Positions 1 through 13,200 of a stretch of 64,000 bases of DNA are shown here, one piece after another. The notes below the pieces were generated by a model that was given only the letters and a program-made list of their open reading frames with translations, was not told the DNA's origin and ran no database searches. Every line of letters starts with the position of its first letter. Within the stretch, counting starts at the first letter, position 1. Source of the stretch: Paragordius varius (Eukaryota > Animalia > Nematomorpha); NCBI GenBank assembly GCA_964247055.1, contig OZ176052.1, forward strand, positions 8,928,001-8,992,000, in the 5' to 3' direction. The position numbers and the translations under genes were made by a program.

Positions 1-1224
1 TGTTAATTGCCAAAAAATATTTTTTAAGTATTACCACCAGTTACAAAGTAAATATTTTGCGGACGCCTTATCGTTTTTCGAGCCTTTTGTTCTGAAAAAT
101 TATAATAATCTAATAATTAATTGACTATCATCATAACAGTAAATTGCAATAAGCGTTCGAAACTAAAACCGATTTATTTATGTATAAAGTTTTCCTAATG
201 TTTAACTCTTCATAACAAAAATATAGCGAACTAAAAGTTAATCCACTTTTTACACCAAAAAAATCGTTGGAAAACACAACCAAATTTTAATTAGTTTAAT
301 AATTATAATTTATTAGCTCTATCTAAAATGTGAAATGCTAACAGACATATATGGATAAAAACCAGGATAGTCATATATTTTTTTAAACGCTCGAATGATT
401 TAATAACTGATGGAATTTAGCAGTCTCTAATGCAATTATATATTTTTTGTTATATAAAAAATTAAAAATAAAAAAGTATTAATTTTCCCTTGTTTAAAAA
501 AAATAATCAAGAGACACCAAACACACACTATATAAATTAAATTTTTTTCCCCAGTTTTTTCATACAATAATTCTATTTTCCTATTACATTGTTTATAACT
601 CTCGTAGTAATTTGATTAAAAATGATACAATTTATTAATAAAACTCATATTTTTCGTCATTATTTTATATTGGGAAAAAAATTATTTTTATTGACATTCT
701 AATAAATCATACGTTCAACCAAGGGTAATGGAGAACAAAATAAATTAAACAGCATATATATGGTGCCATTTAATTATCATTGTCCAGTTTTTATTGCTAA
801 TGTTTGATGGAAAAAACCAATACCTACTATATATATAATTTCTTCCTTGAATATTATCATATAAACATTCAATTGGTTATTGATTGGTATTCCTACCATG
901 ATGCATAACAAGATTGATTGTTGATTTTACCAGAAATAATTGCAAAATTTATTCAATAATAATATTTATAATGGCTTGCATATTAATTTTATGTAGAGCT
1001 CTACATGATCATTTTTTGTATGTATTTTATTATCAAATATTAGTAAAAAAATTTAAAAATATATCTCATATATAAAAATGTGGATAATTTAAAAACAGAT
1101 AAATGCGGTCAGTGTCCCTTATGCAAAGGGCATACAAAATCACTATAAAAACTTAATAATTTTGAAAAACTACAGTTATCTGAGTAAGTATCATGAAAAA
1201 AAATAAAATTCCAAATTTATTTTC

Positions 1225-4200
1225 TCATTCTTTCCCACCAATTTTGATTTCGGCCGGTAGCAAAAAGATGTTTAATCTAACCCGTTGATTAAATGGAGTT
1301 ATTGGTTTAAAGAGACGCGCCTTCTCAACCTGTACAATGTTGTGTTGCATTAAACTCTGGCATAGACGTAAACATTGGGTATAATTTAGGGTGGGACGAC
1401 CTATGGCAAACGAATAAACAAATAAAGGGTAAACATATTTAATTAATTTAAGGGAAATATTATGCGTGCATAGTTGTTTGAAAAGGGTATGAAATTAGAT
1501 TATTATTAAAATATCACGTTTAACAAAATTAGTGATTGTAATTATATATTTAAAAATTTAAATGTAAATTATAACAAAAATAGTTACTAATGATAATTTA
1601 TCAATTATGAACATATTCAATTATTCATTTACACGTAAAACCTATTGAAAACTATTGATTGATAATTATTTTCAAAAAAATGTAAAAATTGGAATAACTA
1701 AAATAGTTAAAAATGGAAAAATATAATACCATCCATTTGGCACTGTCCATTTACCCGTTCTAATATGTTGTTAATTCGAGAAAATGGTTCATTTTTATCA
1801 TGTGTTTCTATGGCCAATATCTTCAAAAACAATTTCTCATACATGGATAAATGACTAAAAATGATAAAAAAATGATAGATAGGATAGTATTTGCAGCTTT
1901 GCGTTAATTATTTTATTTACAAATGATTATGATTTAACAAAGATTTTCTGTAATAATTAGGCTAACAGAGGTAAACATCGAAATTTAATCCTTAAATGAC
2001 GGATTAAGTTCCGTAAAAACCACTTTAATCGAGTTTTAAACCACATAAATAAGTACCCAAATCCGTTGCAAATTTTGGGCAAAGGTCTAAGTTCTTAGTA
2101 GTTAAACAATGCCAACCCATAAATACCAAATAAAAACTCGATTTACAAATATAAATTATAAGCAAAAATATGTATATAGTCTAGTGCGTTTTTATAAAAG
2201 TAGAGAGAAGCGTTAAAAGGTTTAGACATTCATAAATTTGACAGTAATAAAATTTGTAGGGTAAATAACCAAAGCAATAGCTGAAAATGCGTTAACATAT
2301 ATGTTTTTCATACACAGATTGATATATAGAGATTTATCAAACAAATTTTGGACCATTTTCCAAACAATATTAGGTGTAAAATTAAATTTGCAAAACATAA
2401 TATAAACAAAATAAAAAAAACCGTGATTTCCATATAGGTAAGAATTATATGCGTAAAATAATATTATCAATGCTTGATTATTATAGGTCAATCAACATAT
2501 AAAAAATTAGTAGTTCGCCAAAAAAAAGGACAAATACCTTATAATAGTTTGTGCTATGCGATTAGTTTCCTGTATTTCAGAAAATGCCATTTGCACATCC
2601 TCCATGCCAATGGTTCGAAAGGGTGTAGTACCGTCAACCTAAAAACACCCGAAAAATATTCAACCTTTGAATAAAATAATTCATTGAATAATGGTAGTTT
2701 AAAAACAATCAACTTCATATATTTGTTTTCTCAAAATATAACTAATTCAAACCTTATCTTTACTTTCAGAGGGTGTTAATTGATTTTGTCGACATAATTC
2801 AAGTGTTCTGCGACAAATTTCCAGAGCTTTTCTGGCATCACCGGTCAGGGCCGCTACCTATCAAAATTTAATATGGAATAAAAATTTTATTTTCTTTTAA
2901 AAAATTACAATCATAATGACATGACGGAAAAACTAAGGAACAAATTTTTTAAAAAGACACTTTCTTAAACCTTAATTTTTATTCATAAAGCATATTTTGA
3001 AATATATAAATGAGTATGTTGGATAATTAAATTTTAAGTAAAATAACTTTCAAAACTGTAGTTTCACAAAAATGAGCTCCTGGATATAAAAACAACCCAA
3101 ATATGTATAAAAAAGTGAAAAAGTAACGAAGTGATATATACATATATATTTAATAACGCACAATAATGCAATGGGCATATACATTATTTAAAGATTAACA
3201 GGATATTTGTATCTAAATTAATAACCCTGAAATATAATGGTTATACACTATTGTAAATATCGCATTATTATTTTAATAACACATGTATTAATTAAAATTC
3301 CAATAAAACCACTCTAATTACAATTTAATATTAATTTTAAGTATAATTATTTACACAATTAGTAAAAAAACTAAAAGACAAAAATTATAAAATGATTTTA
3401 TTACAAACAAATTGTTTAAAATAGTTTTTATTCTTTAAATGACCAAAACTATCATCAATAGCTATATCGTTAAATTTTAAACGTAAAAAATATTTTACTT
3501 TCCTAGCAATTAATTGTATGCAGTCAGGATTCATTATGGTTATAGATGGTTTCAAAATGTCATTCGTCTTTTTAGTCTTAATTTTTCTTTTATTCGGAGT
3601 CTTTGGGGTATTTTTTATGTTACCGATTTCAGTTAACACATTAGTAGGCTGCTGAATAGAACATGTACATTTTGATAATCGGGATGATATAATTTCTTGA
3701 AGTTGAGTATGATTGTATGGTTGAAACGTTAACCGATTTAGACCCTAAAAGAAAAATATTTAGATTATAAATGTCAACATATGTTTTAACTATGTCATAG
3801 TTTCTACAGAATTGTCTGCTTTAAAAAATAGATAGATACTAAGGAAATATTTTTACACCGAAATCCTCGCTAAAAACATATAAATTAAAGCTTTAAAAGC
3901 GCCTTAATGCACTTCCTTATTATTCCATTTAACTATTTACTTGAAATATTTTTAACAATTGTATTTTTTGGTGAAAAAAAGATAAAATAAATGACTAAAA
4001 ATATTTCAACAATAACACTGTTAACAATAATAAAAAGGCACCATTTACTACCGAAAATACTGACTGAACGGCTTTGTACAATTTTAAACTCTATGTTCAA
4101 CTGAACGTAGAATTTACTTCGGGAAATAACTGGTAAGAACTCATTTAAACAAATTAAAAAATTCACAAATTTTATCCTTATGTATTTAAACTGACGGCTA

Positions 4201-7200
4201 CCAAAAAAATATTTAAAAAAATCGATCTTAGCATTTTAATAAAATGTTAAAAACTAAATACTAATTAAACATCTCCATGTCCATTTTTTATAATAAGTCA
4301 TAGTTTGAATTTTAATAAATTGTTGTTTTTGGGCACAAAAGTATAAAATAACTAATGACTATTCAAAATTTTAAACCTTAATCCTAGCTAAAACAATTAT
4401 AAAAAAACGCCCTATTATAAGAATGTAAATCCATTGCCCCTTCATAAATTAAATGGAGTGAAAATACTAACTAAACGGCTCTGGACACGTGCACTAAAAT
4501 GTTTTTCGGGTAAATCCATAGTATTAGCTACAGTTAAAACGATCAAATTTGGAGTTGGATTGTTATTTCGAGCGTTATATGTATGAGTTTCAGCAAAATT
4601 CAAATATTCAGCACCGTCATCACTAGATTGTAAGGCAAAAGGCCAATCAAATAGATTGTAAATAATGGCTTGATGTGCTTTAGTTTTGCATATTAGATCC
4701 AACTAAAAAAAATTATTATTTGTTTTATTTCGTTTCAAAATTATAAATGATAAGGTATAAAATATGTAAAGACCTAGGCTTTTTGTTTATTAAAGACACA
4801 TCCTAAAAAGTAAAATTAGCTATTTCTTTAAAGTGTCATCCATATTTTTACCCTTTTCTAAATACCCGATATTAACGAGTTACAAAGTACTAACGGCATA
4901 ATTTACAAATCCGTATTATAGACTAAGTCTTAAAAAATTAACAGGATTCAATAATAAGGTTAACTTTATAAAAAATGTAAGTCTTTTACTCTTTTAAGTA
5001 GCGGGTGCGAACTTTGCTTCTATTATATGTTTTATCTTTTCTACTCTAAATACATTTTCTAAAATTTGTTTTATTTAAGAATATAATAAGATAAATTAAA
5101 CCTCATCAACGAATAAAATGACAGATAATTTGGGTAATTGTTGTTTTTGTGATTTCAAAGAACTTTTTGCAGGCGTATTAATTTTTTTGTCCTTATTTTT
5201 CATTCGTTTAGGTCGCGCAGGTGAATTAGTCATATCAAAAAAATTATTTTCTCCGTTTTCGCGTGGTTGAAATGTATCATTTCCTTCATCATCAGATATG
5301 GATTTCTTTAAATTTGTTTCAGATATGGAAACAAAATCTTTCCCAAAACTGGCTAATTTTTGCGTCAATTCACCCCTAAATAAGGCATCTAAACGAAACC
5401 TTGCATTATCGGGGGTAGAACAAGAACGAGTGGTAAATTTAGTGCTGAAAAAATTTGATGAATCATTCAACGTTTCATCCCGAAAAATTTGTGAAAGCGG
5501 TAAAATTGTGTCAATTTTCTAAATTTTGTTTTATTGCAAAAAAAGATTTTTTCTCAAAATAAATAGTAATAAAGGGATTGGATTATAAAGATAATGAACA
5601 CTATTAAAAAATCTTTGTAAAATTAAATACTTATAAAATTAAACTACTGAAAATTATTGACGTTATGTCAATAGTGATCGCAGACTAGTGTATGTGTAAA
5701 TTAGCATGTGTATGTTGAAATAAAATTTCTTTATCCAATTTAATTTCATATTACCAACTGCTTTAATTCAAAAATTGAAAAATTGAATATATATATATAT
5801 ATGAGTCCTAGATCTGTGAAAACTTTTACTCAAAAAGTTGTGAAGCACAAATCTACCCTGAGATTACTATTGTAGTTTATAAATTAAATATTATTTTAGA
5901 GAATTATACTAATTATATTTTCAGAAAAACCTATATACATACCTTGTATAAAATTGTGTATATATCTTGAGCCCTTCGCAATTTCATTCCATTAACCATA
6001 ATTTTGAGTATTACATGGGCACTTTTTTCCAATTTAGCCGGGAGTTCTGATAAACATTGCTTAACTACAGCTGTTTTTCCAGTTCCGGGTACGCCTGATA
6101 CATACATGACCCTAAATAATTATTGTTATATTATAAAGTAAAAGGATATATCACTAATATTTTTTTATAAAGACATCCATACTTTTTAAACCTTAAATCC
6201 TATATGAGTGGTTCCCAAAAGGTAGGGGGTAGAAAAATATAGGGGACGCGCGAAATATTTGGAGAAGTGAATTAAAAAATATAGGAACATAGGGATAATA
6301 AAATTGTCAAGATTTGTCCCCGATATGGGAATTTTAATTCAACGATTGCCAAAACAAGGATCTCATAGATTATGATTGCATTTTTATCTTTGTTTTTTTG
6401 GAAGGAGAGGGGGATGAGGGGAGCAAGAATTATTTTCTCAATTTTGTGGGGCGTGAAGAAAAAAGGTTGGAAACCACTGATCTAAATGATTATCACTATT
6501 ATGTGTTTAATCGAGTGTGTTACCAATTTATATCTCGATTCTTTATTTTGCAACCTAAAACGCTAAGTTTTACCATAAAAATTAAGGTTGAAAAAAGTAT
6601 GGTTAATGTATATTTTTTAAAAATATTTGTCTTTTATTTGAACGGTTGGTTTGAATTTTAATTTAATGTTAGTATATTAACAAAAAGAAACAAAAAAACT
6701 ATTTATTTTCATAAAATAAAAAGCAGAGTAGGCTAAGCCACCGCAAAATATTCTTAAGTGTATATCAATATTAATAACATTATACCGATTTAACTTTATC
6801 AAATTATACAAGTATATATAGCCGGAAAATTTTTAAAACTCTAACATTGAAAATAATATAGAAGTTGAAAAAATTATTTTTCAATCGATAGTTAATTAAT
6901 ATATATATATATTTAATTATATTAAAATTTCGATTCAAATTGGGGTAACTTGTGACCCATATTTTATATATACCATTTACAGTTCAAATTCACCCCCGAA
7001 CAATTCAAATTTGCCCTAAAAATAAATTATGTGTTTTCGAACTAATATAACTCATTATTAATATGAAATTTATCTTTATGGCATGGTTTATTATTTTTTC
7101 AGTATTCTAATATAACTCATTATTAATATGAAATTAATCTTTATGGCATGGTTTATTATTTTTTCTGTATTATTTTATTTTAAAACAAAATTTTTAATTT

Positions 7201-10200
7201 TTAAAAATATATAAAAATATAGGTAATTTTTAATCTTAAAAACGTATATTTTATATGAAAGTGAATTTGAATTGTTCGAGGGTAAATTTGAATTGTTTAA
7301 GAATGAATTTGAATTGTGAATGGTTAATTAAAAAACTAATAATCCAATTCATATTTATGCTTTCAAATAAAAATTATATAAGTAAGCCAAGATATTTAAA
7401 TAAAATTAGTATTGAAAAAAAGCTTCATATCAAACTGCATGATGCCATTTTTATTTTACAACATTTTTGCATCGTGTTTTTTTGTTTTCAACGCTAAAAT
7501 TATAGTTCTAAAATTTATAAAACCAGAAAAAATGGTTTATTTGCATTATTTTTATATTAAGCTAGTGCACACATATCAGGTTAAACCTTTACCATTAGGT
7601 TTATCCATAAAATAAATTATATCAAGTTTTTTAAATGATGAAGGCTTTTTTTATATTTTGGTTCATCCAGTGGATTAGAATACAGTAGCGTATGGCATAA
7701 AACATTATTAGTCCATAAAAGAATAATAAAATGTTTTTTTAAAAAAACAAGGGGATATTATGGATATGTGTATATACAACTAGGTTTAAAAAACATTTTT
7801 TATTCTTTTATGGACTAATAATGTTTTATGCCATATGATAGTGTAATTAATATTCATTAAAAAATGTATTAAGCGTTTTAAAAATGAAATATAAGTAAAA
7901 ATAAAAAAGAAACATGATGTGCGTGCAAGCCTCACCACATTAAATAATTGTTCCTATTAATGTAATAAAAAAAGATAAGGCCACATTACCAAGCCCCTAT
8001 CACTAATAATGAAGGGAAAAAATATTACGTATTAGATTTATGATACACCAAAATTTTTATAATATTACAGTAATGAAGGGTGAATGATGTTTCGACAATT
8101 TTATATAAGAAAGTAACTGTTTATTTTAGAAGTACATTGTTTCCAAATTTTTAATTTTAATCTAACGGATTGCCTTTCTGTTAAGTATAATAACTTAATT
8201 GTTTTTGTTAACTTAACTCAATTTATCTTATTTTAGTTACCTTATGAAAATATAATTATCCTTCTCTTTTACCTTTGTGCATAATACACCTTTGTACTTG
8301 TTACGCTAAAAATGTATATTATCTTGGTTGTAAATGCTTTTACCTAAATACTGTAATATTGAACCTTATGCAAATATATAACTTGTGAATGCTTTCATCT
8401 AAATATTGAAATATTTAACCTTATGCAAAAATGCAACCTCGCTCTAAAACTATATATAACACTAGACAACATAACTTTTTTTAACTGCCATTCTTGTAAA
8501 TTTAAAATTAATTTCATTAAAGTACATAATTAGTATATCTGAAAAGAAAATTGGACTAGCATGAAAGAATTTTTTTATATTAGAGTTTATCGATAATTTT
8601 TGGCCCCGATTTAACATTAAACTCGAAATGTCGAAAATTAAAAGTTTTAAATATGAAGCCATGTATTTTATATCATTCGAAAGAGCTCAAAAAACTGCAT
8701 CTTTTAAATGGTAGTATGTCATTTAAATCAATCGGATGTAAAAGTTATTTGGATTTAAATGGTCGAAATTTTCAATCCTTAAATAAGTCAAGAATTTTCA
8801 CAGACAAACTAATTTGAAAATCATATAAATTATTTTAATATAATTATTAGGGATATATTAGTATTTAATTAAAAAAAATATTTGAAAAAGCTTTTGGTTT
8901 GCTTTTTTAATAAAAATTATTATTATCAGAAATATTTTGCCTAGTGGATACTAAAATGCATAGTTATAGCTGTAAATTTATTACATAATGGCTATAAAAG
9001 ATCAAAAATACCTTAAGCCTTGTTATTATCTTGAAAAATTTCGAAATTATCAGCCTCCTAAAGAAAATAAATTAATATTGATGAGATGGTAATTTTTAAA
9101 AAACTAAAAACTTAAAAATGGCTGTTTTGAGTGACATAAAAGCAATAAAAAAATGTTTTCATCAAAAAAACTTTATTGTGTTGTCTTTTTTAGACATTCA
9201 TCACCATCTAAACAAAGTTTGAGCTATTTTCATCCATTAGTTTTAAATATATAATAATTAAAAAAAATGCTCTCGCTTCGCGCGTTTGTCGCTCTTTGTG
9301 TCCAATATTAACTGTCGATGTAATACATATTAGTATCATTTTAAAGAGTTTTTTTACTCTTTCGAATGATATATTACAAAAGGGCATTACTTGTATATTT
9401 TCAAAGAAAAACATTTTTTAGTAAAATTTTGATAAAGAGGGCGCATAATCAAAAAAATCAAATTATACAAAATTCTTCCATCGAGTTATAATTTTTATTT
9501 CGGATTTACTGTTAGAATGATACTAAATATCAGAAAATGCAAAAAATTAGTGTGGCAGAAAAATTTGTTGTCCAGTGTAATGGAACATAGTTTTTTATGG
9601 ATATAAAATAAATTCCCTTTTTTTCGCTTATTACACTTTCTCAATGGAATAAGAATTTGTTTTGGAAACTCATCATTTGAGGCACCGATTGTACACAAAG
9701 TTTTTATGGTTTTTAATAGGATGCAAAGATTAAAAAATTCAAAGATTAGTGATTTATCACTAATCTTTTGAAATTAATGGCAGCAGTACTCACCAAATAA
9801 TTTTGTTTTTCATATAAAAATTTTATTTGGCAATACAGTATAACGACCATTATGATTTATATATGAATGTTTAAACATATTTTAATAAATTTATAACGCT
9901 TAAATTAAAAAGTAGCGGAACAAAGGGATTATAAAGTTCTACTTCCTTATGGGATATTTTATGTTTTTCGCACTTGTTTTAATAAAGTTAGGACGTTTTT
10001 ATTTTGTGTGAAGTAGAAATGGTTATTCAATTACTGCTATTAATATAAAATAATACGCAGCTGCGAATAATGAGACCCACTGATTTAAGAGTTTATTAAA
10101 GTATTTTAAAATAAGATATTATTTTACCCACAACCTTTCTTTAAAAAAATATGTTTATAAAATGGTTATTCAATTACTGCTATTAATATAAAATAATACG

Positions 10201-13200
10201 CAGCTGCGAATAATGAGACCCACTGATTTAAGAGTTTATTAAAGTATTTTAAAATAAGATATTATTTTACCCACAACCTTTCTTTAAAAAATATGTTTTT
10301 AATAAATATAGTTTAAAACACACCCGATTGTTTTACGTGATGAACGGCAAAAATATTACTAAAAACTGTATATATAATTGTTTTTTAAGCAATATTTAAT
10401 AAAACATTATGACAAAAATTAAATTAATTTTTAAACAGTTATTTTTGCGTTCATTAAACCTATTCGGAGGTGTTGTTCTAAATAATTTTACATCTAAGCG
10501 TTTTTGAATTATAAAATTTAATTTCATGAAAAAGGTATTCAATGGGATTCAGTTGAGGAGAATAAGAATGCATAAAAAAATTCTTTTCTATATATCCCCA
10601 ACCAGCGTAGTTTTATGGATTGGTGCATTGTTGCACACAATCATTGCATCGAGTGGTAACATCGGTAGGCTCCTACAAAGATGTTTTAAACGCCTCCCCA
10701 TTAAAATCACGAACTTTTATGGTGTAATGGATTATACCGCCAATCCCGATAATCATAATTCATACATTTTTACCTATTATATAAATATATTTATTATACA
10801 CTTTTGAAAACCATCGACGATTGGATATTTTCAAGATAGTGCATACCAAATTTTTAGGTTTTAACAGTAACCCCGATTAGTGGAGATAATATAACTTATT
10901 TGAGGTATATATTACATTTAACGTATTCATAGATAGCGTTTCATAATTACAGGGGTATTTCGTTCGCGGGGCTCTATGATACAGTGTTTCCAAGTGATTT
11001 TCGGTATTTTCATCAATTGATTAAGGCAGGGTTGGACATTATTTAATCGTCCGTTAAAACCCAAAAATATATGGTGTTATGCACCAATTGGACGATTCCC
11101 AATCGTTGAGGGATTTCAAAGAGGTTTAATATAAATATATTTTAGGCAAAAATGTGTCCTTATTGTGCACATGATCGGGATTGACGCTATAATCCATTAC
11201 AACATAAAAATTAGAGCTTATGATGGCGAGGCGTTTAAAATATTTTTGCAGGAGAGCCTGCCGATGTTACCACCGGACGCAATTATTGTGTGCGACAATG
11301 CGCCAATTCATAAAGCTGCGGTAGTTGGGGATTTAAGGAACAGGCTTCTTGTGTTCTTACCTCCTTACTCCCCTCAACTCAATCCTATAGAAAATCTTTT
11401 TCATGAAATAAAATTTTATTATTATAAAACACCTAGATGTACAAATTATTTGAAACAACACCTCCGAGTAGATCATTTATATGAATGAACGCAATAACAA
11501 TATAACATTTGTTAAAATCCGTATTATAACGATAAAGGATAATTAAATAGAATTTAATGAAATTATAAATAGAAATTATAAACGATATGTGGAACCCTTT
11601 TTCATTAAATTCTATTTAATTATCCTTTATCGTTATAATATGGATTTTAACAACTGTTATTAGAAAACATAACCAATCCGTTATTTACCATTGCAATAAC
11701 AATATATTCTTAATATTGCTCTGAAGAAAAAAAATTAGACAATAAAAACAATTATAGATACAGTTTTTATCAATATTTTGTCGTTCATTACGTAACTAAT
11801 CTCATTTGGAGGTGTAATTATATTTATTATATATTTTCATACATTTTTATTTTTACAAATTTTTAAAAAAAATTTTATTTATAAATTTATTTTTATGACA
11901 AAAGTTGCTTTGGGTTAAAATAAAACTTAATATATTTCGAAGCTCTTAAATCAGTAGGCCTCATTGTTTGCTACTGCGTATATTTTATATTAATAGCGGT
12001 AATTAAATAAACAATTCTAATTAGCGTAAAATAAAAACGTCATAACTTATAAAAGCAGTGCGAAAATCACAAAATATCCGTAATAGAGTGGTACTTCACA
12101 ACGCTCCATGTGTGATCCCGTACTACTGTTTTAATTCGATTAGTATGTATAAATTTATTAAAAATAATAAACAATCATGTAAATCATAGTTATATCGAGT
12201 CGCCAACTAAATAGAAAATCTTTATATGAATAGGGTACCGTTGTCATTAACTATTTAAAAATTGCTCAGCTAAATCAGTAAAATCTCTAAAACTTTTATC
12301 AGTTTAATCTTAATATGCAGGAAACTCTTGTACAATCGGTTCAACCTCTAATGATGAGTATCCAAAAATTAAAAAGTATGAAACAATTTTTACTAAAATA
12401 AACAGTAATCTTATTTAAAATTTTTAAAACATCTTTTCCCGTTTACTGTAATATTAGAAAAATTGGATGTACCCTAAAAATACTATATAATATTTTTTCC
12501 CTTCCTTGTAGTGTTACGCGCTGGGTAATGGTATAGTACCATATACTCAATAAATGCCTTTCTTTTTTTCTTAATGGTAAAAAAATAATTATTCTTTAAT
12601 AAGCATGATAAAGCTTGCACTTACACCATGTCCCTTTGTTTCTTTTTTTTATAATATTTAATTTTTCAACAAGTGATACTCATTTCCTTAATACTAATAC
12701 CTATTCTTTTAATCCAGTGAAGTGCAAACTTTTGCAATGGCTTCAATTTATTCCATATTTTCTAAACTTATGTTTTTAAACAGGCCCTAGGTTAGTAGTT
12801 AACCCAATTTAAATCGAAATATAGAAATAAATGTGTTGTATTGAAGTTTTAATGGAAATATAAAATTTGAATAAGGCATGTAAAATTGAATAAATTTTCA
12901 ATTTCCCATGTTAAATTGATTAAAATATATATTATGGCAAAAAATGCAGTTAATTTTGAAGTTAACTACTTTAATATCCATAAGGCGACTCTCTTAAACA
13001 CAACAAAATATTATAAATTAATAAATACTAATTTATAAATAATATTATCAAATTAAAGTAATAAAACTAACCCACCACTTCCAGATATAAGGTTGTTATT
13101 AATAAATTTTTTTATAGTTTGCATTTCTTGAGATCTACATGGAATATCTTTGGGAAGCGAAGATGGATGTAAGCTAAAAAATGGATTAATATTTATACCT

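Larger units (their letters stand above)
9902..12137 (+). mobile_element. Tc1/mariner-IS630 superfamily DNA transposon with long (~400-500 bp) degenerate TIRs, in ORC1 intron 3
   Basis: ~9902-10400 aligns by eye to the reverse complement of ~11700-12137 (e.g. gatattttatgtttttcgcact / gatattttgtgattttcgcact; ttacgtgatgaacggcaaaaatatt / ttacgtaatgaacgacaaaatatt). It encloses a DDE transposase remnant. Exact ends and the TA target duplication are not clear. Confidence 0.72.

Noticed and set aside
10526-10807. 93-aa ORF inside the Tc1-like element
   Set aside because: No recognisable transposase or other motif; non-coding composition.
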